Assembly: GCF_009914755.1 (NCBI RefSeq)
Contig: NC_060944.1
Origin: the human T2T-CHM13v2.0 reference genome, Homo sapiens
Length of the DNA stretch: 64,000 nucleotides
Direction: 5' to 3' (one strand)
Part shown: piece by piece, positions 11,072 to 21,319 of the stretch
Numbering within the stretch: position 1 is the stretch's first letter
How the letters are laid out: each line of letters starts with the position of its first letter
The notes under the pieces: generated by a model
What the model saw: only the letters and a program-made list of their open reading frames with translations
The model's database searches: none
Told to the model about the DNA's origin: nothing
Translations under genes and position numbers: made by a program

Positions 11072-12678
11072 CCTTGAGCAGAGGCATTGAAACACACACC
11101 CTAAGGCAACCCCTGAGGCTTCGGGGTTCTGCTCTTGACGAGATCGACCCTCGGGTGAGGGAGCACCGCAGGGGTACTCAGGCCGACCTGTCCTCGAGGT
11201 CACGGCGGCACGACTTTTGGCGAGACTCACCCCAACCAACACCGTCCGGGCAGCCCTGAGGCTGGGATGCCGTGCTGCCTCCCCCGGACTCCGCCTGGGA
11301 TTTCCTCATTCTTGTCAGCCCTTTGCGAGTCCTGGCATCCGGAGACGTTCCCGTCGACCCCGAGGAGAGGTCAGGCCGGAGCCTCAGAGCTCCGACACAC
11401 AAGCACTGCCACGAAGGGCTCCTGCTTTGCCAAGCCTCGGGGACTGGTTTCTAAGACAACCGTGGGAACCACTGTGACGGGAGAAGAGGCTCGCGCCTCG
11501 CGCATGCGCATTGGCCCGCCCGACTGGCGCTCCGCTCCTGGCGGTCAGGCTGCGTCCCCTTTAAATAACGCCACCGCAGCGCGGCGGCAGCGAGGCTCCT
11601 GCTGCAGCCGCGGCGGCGGCTGGATCCGGGCTCCAGTTTGTGGCGGCGTGGGAGACCGGACCGTGGGTGTCTTGTCCTGTCCCAGGGCCAAACCCCCAGG
11701 AGTCCTGTCCTCAGGAACTCCTTGAGCTGACTTCCACCGAGGGAGGGAGGGGGAGCTTCAGGACGCCTGCTGTGTTCTCAGGACACCCCTTCAGATCCCA
11801 TTTCGGCCCCCACTGAGTGAGATAGGATGGGCTCGCCACATGCGCTGAGGCAGGCAGGGCCTCGCTGCAGCCAAGAATGATCCCATAGGTCTCGAGGCCA
11901 AGTGTCCGCTGCAAATTCACTGATCCTTCAACCCTCTGCCTCCCTCCTCCTTTGAAAGAGCAGTGGCCTACCCCTCTTCTAAAAGCCCTGGGGCTCAGGA
12001 AAGCCGACCGCGCTTTACAGGACTCGTGCAAACAAGAACAGGGGAGATTGCGAGGTGGAGACCATGTGAACACGAATGGCACTGGCGTATCCCACAGCAG
12101 ATGGTGTGAACGTGTGTCACCGGAGGCAAACCGGGCGACGGCGAAAGAAACGGTGGTGTCCAGGCATGTGCCGGTGCAAGGGGGGAACGAGTGACCTATC
12201 CATCAATGCAAAGGAAAATCGAAGACCACCTGGGACCCGGCGGGTGGGGGCGCCTGTGCCTGACCCAAGCCACGTTTTCAAATGCCTACCAGAGGAGCAA
12301 AGAGGTTTCTGCAAAATTCTCCCCACCCCCAACCCTCCACCGCGCTGGTAGCCCTGAGGCAAATTCGGCTGCACCCAGCCCCAGCCACAGCCACAGCCCC
12401 AGCCCCACCCAAGTCCCTTTGGGTCCCTGACATTCGTTTGAGACGGAAGATCAAGGGAGTCTTTCCACCCAGGAGCAGAGGAGAGGATGTCCCTCAAGAA
12501 GGAGACAGGCCGCCAAGCGAGAAACCGCTTTGTGGTGCACAGGGCACATTCGGCCAAAGACACACACGCACATGGGCACTCACACACAAACCGACAGAGG
12601 GGAAAGAAACACACAGAGACTGAGAGACAGAGAGAGAAGGGAGAATGGGAGACACACACACACTCACAGACGGACACA

Positions 12679-12732
<54 letters not shown>

Positions 12733-13160
12733 CCTTGAGCAGAGGCATTGAAACACACACCCCAAGGCAACCCCTGAGGCTTCGGGGTTCTGCTCTTGAC
12801 GAGATCGACACTCGGGTAAGGGAGCACCGCAGGGGTACTCAGGCCGACCTGTCCTCGAGGTCACCGCGGCACGACTTTTGGCGAGACTCACCCCAACCAA
12901 CACCGTCCGGGCAGCCCTGAGGCTGGGATGCCGTGCTGCCTCCCCCGGACTCCGCCTGGGATTTCCTCATTCTGGTCGGCCCTTTGCGAGTCCTGGCATC
13001 CGGAGACCTTCCCGTCGACCCCGAGGAGAGGTCAGGCCGGAGCCTCAGAGCCCCGACACACAAGCACTGCCACGGAGCGCTCCTGCTTTGCCAAGCCTCG
13101 GGGACTGGTTTCTAAGACAACCGTGGGAACCACTGTGACCGGAGAAGGCGCTCGCGCCTC
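8210..13160. repeat. Three short SST1 units (1635, 1655 and 1661 bp) with a shared internal deletion
   Basis: Anchors at 8210, 9845, 11500 and 13161; deletion junction AGACAGG at 9205, 10835 and 12503; (CA)n tracts at ~9354-9410, 10983-11067 and 12652-12728. Confidence 0.9.
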
Positions 13161-15221
13161 GCGCATGCGCATTGGCCCACCCGACTGGCGCTCCGCTCCT
13201 GGCGGTCAGGCTGCGTCCCCTTTAAATAACGCCACCGCAGCGCGGCGGCAGGGAGGCTCCTGCTGCAGCCGCGGCGGCGGCTGGATCCGGGCTCCAGTTT
13301 GGGTCGGCGTGGGAGAGGGGACCGCGGGTGTCTTCTCCTGTCCCACGGCCAAACCCCCAGGAGTCCTGTCCTCAGAAACTCCTTGAGCCGACTTCCACCG
13401 AGGGAGGGAGGGGGAGCTTCAGGACGCCTGCTGTGTTCTCAGGACTCCCCTTCAGATCTGATTTTGGCCCCCTCCGAGTGAGATAGGATGGGCTCACCAC
13501 ATCTGGTGAGGCAGGCAGGGCCTCGCTGCAGCACACAATGATCCCATGGGTCTCAAGGCATGCTGTCAGCTGAAATTTCACTGATCCATCAGCCCTCTGC
13601 CTCCCTTCTCCTTTTAAAGAACACTGGCCTGCCGGGCTTCTAAAAGCCCTGGGGCTCTGGAAGCCAATCGCAATTTACAGGACACGTGCAAACAGGAACA
13701 GGGGCGAATCCCAGGTGGAGACCATGCGTTGACGTGTGGCACTGACCAATCCCACAGCAGATGGCTTGAATGTGTGTAACCAGAGGAATGTGGGGCGACG
13801 GCGAAACAAACGATGCTGTCTAGGCATGTGCCCGGTGGAAGGGAGGGTCAAGTGACATTTCCATCACAGCAATGAAAAATTAAAGAACACTTGGGAAACA
13901 GGAGGCGGCTTGTGACTGACCGGATCCAAAATTTGAAATTCCTGCCAGAGCAACAAATAGGTTTCTGCAAAATTCACCCCAAGGCCAAAGCTCCACCGCC
14001 CAGGTAGCCCTCACACAACCTCCCCTGCACCAAGCCCCAGCCCCAGCACCAGCAACAGCCCCAGCCCCAGCCCCAGACCCAGCCCAGTCACCTTGGTTCC
14101 CTGACTTTCGTTACGGGCAAAAGATCCAGGGAGACAGTCCACCCAGAAGCAGAGGAGAGGTGTCCCTCAACAATGAGACAGGAATTGCAGAGGAAATGGG
14201 ACACTACCTGTTCTTGAAGACAAGGCCAGTCACGGTCGCCTAGCGCTCCTTCTAGGCAATCCACGCACCCATGAAGGGAAACATGGAGAACAAGCAAGCT
14301 TTCCTGTCTGAGACACTTATGGGAGCAAAGAGCTCCACGGTCACGAGATCTGCCCAATCAAGCAGAAACAGGTTTGGAGAGAGAAACAATCATAACAGGG
14401 ATCTCCAGGAAATGTCTCCCTGACAGACTGGGAAGTCACGGACTGGGAAGTCCCTGATGGACAGGGAAGACATGTGGCCAGAGAGAGAGGCATCTAGGAC
14501 AGGGGAGACAGAGCAAGAGGGAGGACAGAGCAGAAGGAGCAAGAGGGAGGACAGAGCAGAGGCAGGACAGAGCAAGAAGAAGGAGAGAGCAGAGGCCGGA
14601 GCCCAGGCAGGAAACAGCACGGTGCCACCGCCACAGGCATAAGGGGAGGGGATCCAAAAGCGTGGCTTGTCCAGAGAAACCAGCGATCCAGTGACAGGGA
14701 TTGTTGCCATCTCCCATTCCCGGCTTCCTCTTGCAGACTGTATCGTGCTATGGCTTCATTTCTCAGAGAAGAGCCGTGAAAAGATACAAGCATCTTCTCT
14801 GATGTGGGTCCGCTGCTCTCCTGTGGGACAAAGAGCTCCTGTGGGGCTCTTGTCCTCAGCTGCAGTGTTTTCATCTTGATGCTAGAAAAGAGGCTGCTCA
14901 GGATGAGGATGAGATTTCAGTTGCTCCAGGACCGACGCATCTCCTCACGTGGGCCAGGCCTTCACACACCCAAAGCGGATCCGCGGCCGCGAAAACGATT
15001 GACAACCGGCCTCATGACCCAGGCAAAGATGCAGAAAGAGGCTCACCAAAGACAGGCCGCCATGCGAGAAACCGCTTTGTGGCACACAGGGCACATTCGG
15101 CCAAAGACACACATGGACACGGGCACACACACACAAACCCACAGAGAGAGGGAAAGAAACTCACAGAGATTGAGAGACAGAGAGAGAAGAGAGAATGGGA
15201 GACACACACACAGACACACAG

Positions 15222-15257
<36 letters not shown>

Positions 15258-15691
15258 ACACACAGAGTCATACAGCAGAGGCATGAAAACACACACCCCC
15301 AGGCAACCCCTGAGGCTGCGGGGTTCTGCTGTCGACCCTCTGGTGAGAGAGCACCCTAGGGGCACGCATTCCAACCTGTCTTCGAGATCTCTGACGGCGG
15401 CACGACTTTTGGGGAGACTCACCCCAACCAACACCATCCCGGCAGGCCTGAGGCTGGGATGCCGTGCTGCTTCCCCCGGACTCCGCCTGGGGTTTCCTCA
15501 TCCTGGTCGGCCCTTTGCGACTCCTGGCATCCGGAAACCTTCCCGTCGACCCCGTGGAGAGGTCAGGCCGGAGCCTCAGAGCCCCGACACACAAGCACTG
15601 GCACAGAGGGCTCCTGCTTTGCCGAGCCTCAGAGACTGGTTTCTAAGACAACTGTGGGAAGCACTGTGACGGGAGAAGCCGCTCGCACCTC
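13161..15691. repeat. Long SST1 unit, second 'B' variant (2531 bp)
   Basis: Shares diagnostic variants with 5676-8209; NotI site at 14983-14990; (CA)n at 15202-15263. Confidence 0.85.
14804..15669 (+). other. FAM27D/E-like repeat-derived ORFs (probably non-coding or spurious)
   Basis: [35 protein letters not shown]...RERERNSQRLRDRERRENGRHTH resembles recalled FAM27D1/FAM27E predicted proteins; the paralog cannot be assigned. Confidence 0.45.
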
Positions 15692-18051
15692 ACGCATGCG
15701 CATTGGCTGGGCCGACTCGCTCTCCGCTCCTGGCAGGCAGGCTGCGTCCTCTTTAAATAATGCCACCGCTGCGCGGCGGCTGGATCCGGGCTCCAGTTTG
15801 GGGCGGCGTGGGAGAGGCGACCGCGGGTGTCTTGTCCTGTCCCAGGGCCAAACCCCCAGGTGTCCTGTCCCCAGGACCTCCTTGAGCTGACTTCCACCTT
15901 GGGAGGAAGGGGGAGCTTCAGGACGCCTGCTGTGTTCTCAGGACTCCCCTTCAGATCCCATTTTGGCCCACTCCGAGTGAGATAGGATGGGCTCGCCACA
16001 TCTGGTGAGGCAGGCAGGGCCTCGCTGCAGCACAGAATGATCCCATAGGTCTCAAGGCCTAGTGTCAGCTGCAAATTCACTGATCCATCAGCCCTTTGCC
16101 TCCCTCCTCCTTTGAAAGAGCAGTGGCCTGCCCAGCTTCTAAAAGCCCTGGTGCTCCAGAAAGCCCACCATGCTTTACAGGACACTTGCAGGCAGGAACC
16201 AGGGCAAATCCGATGTGGAGACCATGTGACCACGCGTGGCACTGGCGTATCCCACAGCAGATGGTGTGAATGTGTGTCAGCGGAGGCATACGGAGCGATG
16301 GCGAAAGAAACGGTGGTGTCCAGGCATGTGCCGGTGGAAGGGTGGAACGAGTGAACTTTCCCACAATGCCAAGGAAAATCGAAGAACACCTGGGACCCGG
16401 GGGGTGGCAGGGGGCGTGTGCCTGACCCAAGCCATGTTTTCAAATGCCTAGCAGAGGAGCAAAGAGGTTTCTGCAAAATTCGCCCCACCTCTAACCCTCC
16501 ACCGCCCTGGTAGCCCTGACGGAACTTCGGCTACACTCAGCCCCAGCCCCAGCCCCAGCCCAGTCCCTTTGGTTCCCTGACATTCGTTTCGGACAGAAGG
16601 TCATGGGAGTCAGTCCACCCAGGAGCAGAGAAGAGGATGTCCCTCAAGAATGAGACAGGAAGCGCAGAGGAAATGCGACACCACCTGTCCTGGAAGACAA
16701 GGCCAGTCACGGTCGCCTAGCGCTCTTTCTAGGCAATCCACCCACCCATGAGGGGAAACGTGGAGAAGAAGGAAGCTTCCCTGCCTGAGACATGTATGGA
16801 AGTCAAGAGCTCCAGGGTCATGAGACCTGCCCAATCCAGCAGAAACACGTTTGGAGAGAGAAACAGTCATGACACGGATCTCCAGGTAGTGTCTCCCTGA
16901 CGGACTGGGAAGTCATCTTTGCTGAAGACATTTGGCGAGAGCGAGAGGCATCCAGGCCCCTGAGAAACAGGGGAGGCAGAGCGAGAGGGAGGAGAGAGCA
17001 GAGGCCGGAGCCCAGGCAGCGTATAGCACCGTGCCACCTCCATGGGCATAAGGGGAGGGGTTCCAAAAGCGTGGCTTTTCCAGAGAGGCCAGCGTTCCAG
17101 TGACAGGGATTGTTGCCATCTCCCATTCCCGGCTTCCTCTTGCAGACCGTAGCGTGGTGTGGCTTCATTTCTCAGAGAAGAGCCGTGAAAAGATACAAGC
17201 ATCTTCTCTGACGTGGGACCTCTGCTCTCCTGTCGGACAAAGAGCTCCTATGGGGCTCTTGTCCTCGGCTGCAGTGTGTTCATCTTGGTCCTAGGAGAGA
17301 GGCCGCTCAGGATGGGGATGAGATTTCAATTGCTCCGGGACCGACGCATCTCCTCACGTGGGCCAGGCCTTCACACACCCAAAGCGGATCCGCGGCCGTG
17401 AAAACGATTGACAACCGGCCTCATGAGCCAGACAGAGATGCAGAAAGAGGCTCACCAAAGACAGGCCGCCATGCAAGAAACCGCTTTGTGGCGCACAGGG
17501 CACATTCGGCCAAAGACACACACGCACTCGGTCACACACACACAAACCCACAGAGAGAGGGAAAGAAACACACAGAGACTGAGAGGTAGAGAGAGAAGAC
17601 AGAATGGGAGACACACACAGAGTCATACAGCAGAGGCATTGAAACACACACCCCCACGCAACCCCTGAGGCTTCGGGGTTCTGCTCTGGATGAGAAGGAC
17701 CCTCGGGTGAGAGAGCAGCCCAGGAGCACGCAGGCCGACCTGTCCTCGAGATCACGGCGGCACGACTTTTGGGGAGACTCACCCCAACCAACACCGTCCG
17801 GGCAGGCCTGAGGCTGGGATGCCGTGCTGCTTCCCCCGGACTCCGCCTGGGGTGTCCTCATCCTGGTCGGCCCTTTGGGACTCCTGGCATCCGGAGACGA
17901 TCCCGTCGACCCCGTGAAGAGGTCAGGCCGGAGCCTCAGAGCCCCGACACCCAAGCACTGCCAAGGAGGGCTCCTGCTTTGCCAAGCCTCGGAGACTGGT
18001 TTCTAAGACAACCGTGGGAACCACTGTGATGGGAGAAGAAGCCCGCGCCTC
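15692..18051. repeat. Long SST1 unit (2360 bp) with collapsed CA tract
   Basis: Anchor spacing; CA tract reduced to ACACACACA at ~17611-17619. Confidence 0.85.
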
Positions 18052-20002
18052 GCGCATGCGCATTGGCTGGGCCTACTCGCGCTCAGCTCCTGGTAGTCAG
18101 GCTGCGTCCCCTTTAAATAATGCCACCGCTGCTCAGTGAAGGCAGGGCTCCTGCTGCAGCTGCGGCGGCGGCTGGATCCGTGGTCCAGTTTGGGGCGGCA
18201 TGGGAGAGGGGGCCTTAACTATACTGTCCGATGGCCAAACCCGCAGGAGTCCAGTCTTCAGGAAGTCCTTTACCCGACTTCCACTGAGGGAGGGGGAGCT
18301 TCAGAGCCACTGCTGGGTTCTCAGGCTCCTCTTCAGATCCGAGTTTGGACCCCTCCGGGTGAGAAAGGATGGGCTCAGCACATCTGGTGACGCAGGTAGG
18401 GCCTCGCTGCAGCACAGAATGATCCCATGGCCCTCAAGGAGTGATGTCAGCTGAAAGTTCACTTATTCGTGAGCCCTCTGCCTCCCTCCTCCGTTGAAAG
18501 AGCAGTGGCGTGCCCCGCTTCTAAAAGCCCTGGGGCTCCTGCAAGCGGACACCGCTTTCCAGGACAGGTGCAAACAGGGTCGGTGCGAATCCGAGGTGGA
18601 GACAATGCGATCACGCGTGGCACTGGCGTATCCCTCAGTAGATGGTGTGAATTTGTGTCACCGGAGGGATATGTTGCGATGGCGAAACCAACAATGGTTC
18701 CAGGCATGTGACCGGTGGAAAGGCGGAACAAGTGGCCTTTCCCTTAGTGCCAAGGAAAATCAAAGAACATCTGGGAACAAGGAGGAGTCCTGTGCCTCAG
18801 TGCAAGCCACATTTTGAAATGCCTACCAGAGGAGCAAAGAGATTTCTACAACATTCACTCCACCCCAAAGCCTCCACCGCCCAGGTAGCCCTGACGCAAC
18901 CTCCCCTGCACCCAGCCCCAACCCCATCCAGGCCCAGTGCAGTTCCCTTGGTTTCCCGACATTCATTACAGCCAAAAGATTCAGGAAGTCAGTCTACCTA
19001 TGTGCAGAGGAGAGGACGTCCCTCATTTGTGAGACAGGACGTGCAGAGGTAAGGGGACACCATCTGTCCTGGAAGACAAGGCCAGTCATGATCGCCTAGC
19101 GCTCATTCTAGGCAATCCACCCACCCACGAGGTGAAACAAGGAGACCAAGGAAGCTTCCCTGTCTGAGACAAGTATGGAAGCCAAGTGTTCCAGGCTCAT
19201 CAGACCTGCCCAATCCAGCAGAAACAGGTTTGGAGAGAGAAAGAGTCATGACAAGGATCTCCAGGAAGTTTCTCCCTGATGGACTCGGAAGTGATCTTCG
19301 TAGAAGTTATTCAGCCAGACCAAGAGGCAACTGGGCCCCTCAGAAACAGGGGAGACAGGGCAAGAGGGAGGACAGAGCAGAGGCCAGAGCCCAGGCAGGT
19401 TACAGAACCTTGCCACCACCACGGGCATAAGGGGAGGGGTGCGAAACGCGTGACTTATCCAGAGAGGCCAGCCTTCCAGGGACAGTGATTGTCACCATCT
19501 CCAATTCCTGGCTTCCTCTTCAGAATTGTATCGTGGTGTGGCTTCATTGCTCAGAGAAGAGCCGTGCAAGGGTACAACCATCTTCTTGGAGGTGGGTCTG
19601 CTCCTCTCCTGCTGGACAATGAGCTACTGTGGCATTTTGTCCTGGGCTGGAGTGTGGTCCCCTTGATCCTAGAAAAGAAGCCGCTCAGGATGCGGATGAG
19701 ACTTTGATTGCTCTGGGACCGACGCGTCTCCTCAAGTGATCAAGGCCTTCACAAACCCAAAGTGGAACCGCCGTGAAAACGATGGACAACCGGCCACAGG
19801 ACCCAGGCAGAGATGCAGAAGGAGGCTCACCAAACACTGGCCAACATTCAAAAAATCGCATTTTGGCGAACAGAGCACAGTCGTCCAAAGACACACACGC
19901 ACATGGGCATACACACAGAAAAACACACACACACAGAGACCGACAGAGAGAGGGAAAGAAACACACAGAGGGTGAGAGACAGAGAGAGAAGAGAGAATGG
20001 GA

Positions 20003-20038
<36 letters not shown>

Positions 20039-20087
20039 CCTACAGCGGTGGCACAGAAACACACACTCCCAGGCAACCCCTGAGGCT
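18052..20087. repeat. Diverged, 3'-truncated terminal SST1 unit
   Basis: Colinear with the long units but more substituted; (CA)n at 20004-20036; breaks off at 'aggcaacccctgaggct'. Confidence 0.85.
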
Positions 20088-20238
20088 AACTAATAGTGGA
20101 AAATGTGTATCTAAGAATACACTTGGAACAGAAATATGAAAAACCGAAAGTAAGAGATATTATGAAGGATCAAATACAAAATGACCCAGTGCTAAAGAGG
20201 CAACAAAGAAAATTGTAGAAGTAAATGACAACAGGCAT

Positions 20239-20623
20239 TGTGCCTTAATGAGTTTGTCCTACTATATAAGAAAATACACTAGGCTGGGTAATTTCTGAAG
20301 AACAGAAATGTATTTCTCACAGTTCCACAGGGCAGAAGTCCAAGATCAAGGTGCCAGCAGGATTGGTGTCTGGTGAGGGCCTGGTCTCTGCATCCAAGAT
20401 GGTATCTTGTGCACTGTGTCTTCAGGAAGAGATGCAGTGTCCTCACATGGCAGAAGGCAGAAGGGCAAAACAGGGGAAGCCCACTCCATCCAGTCCTTGT
20501 GTAAGGACCTAAACTCTTTCGTGAAGACTCTCCCTTCATGACTGAATCACTACCTAAAAGCCCTTCTTCCTAATCCTATGACATTGGTGATTAATTTTAG
20601 GGGGGCACATTCAGAACATAGCA
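20239..20623 (-). mobile_element. MaLR solo LTR (MLT1A/MST-like)
   Basis: 'ctgggtaattt...tatttctcacagttc...aagtccaagatcaaggtgccagcag...cattcagaacatagca'. Confidence 0.8.
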
Positions 20624-21319
20624 CCCTATATTCAATTTCTTAAAAATTATTTTGTTGTTTTGCTTTTGTGTTTTTCAAATGGCTTAAAGTGCACAAAATT
20701 GGATTAGTCATAATCCTTAGCTCATAGCATACCTTGGCTCCTATTTCATCCTTGTTTGTGCGTGGACGTCTGTGTAAATGTATTTGAACAATATGGTAAT
20801 CACTTGTGAACTTACAACACAACCAAAGAACTAGGGTTCTGACCCTAATATCTGCTCTTCCTCTGTCCTTTTTCCTGATTTTCACCCTTCAGCCCGAGGG
20901 TAACTACTACCCTGAATTTATGTTTAGGATTCTCTTCCTTTAAAAAAAACTTGTTTTATGGCATACATATGATTACCCTAAATGACATATTATTTAGTTT
21001 TTAAGGATATAATTTATTTACCCATTCTCCTATTAATTTACCCATTCTCCTATTAATGAACATTTGGCTTATTTCCAGATTTTTGCTATTATGAATGGCA
21101 TTACATGAGCATTTTTTTTTTTTTTACTACTTCTGGTACATATGGGCAAGAGTTTCTCCAGGGCCTGTTGTAGAGGTATTACTTTTCCATAACATATGAG
21201 AATGCTCAAACTTATAAGATAATCCAAATTGCTTTCCAAAGCAGTTGTTCTAATTTAAACTCTCGCCTCCTGTATTAGTTCGAGATGATCTTGTTGATCC
21301 ACAGTCTCTCCATAATTGG

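Larger units (their letters stand above)
2560..20087. repeat. SST1/NBL2 (MER22)-family GC-rich macrosatellite array, about 8-9 tandem units
   Basis: Recurrent anchor GCGCATGCGC (or decayed form) at 3893, 5676, 8210, 9845, 11500, 13161, 15692 and 18052. Units are 1.6-2.5 kb, CpG-rich, with internal (CA)n tracts, SstI/SacI GAGCTC sites (e.g. 6834, 7337) and a NotI site (14983). Unit translations match recalled FAM27-type predicted peptides. The array ends abruptly at 20087. Confidence 0.88.

Noticed and set aside
2560-20087. Assignment to a specific chromosome or FAM27 paralog
   Set aside because: SST1/FAM27-like arrays occur at several segmentally duplicated loci; this cannot be resolved without alignment.
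2811-20139. Dozens of ORFs rich in HT/CV dipeptides, recurring in every unit and on both strands
   Set aside because: These are by-products of GC-rich satellite and (CA)n sequence; frames and stops are not conserved between units.
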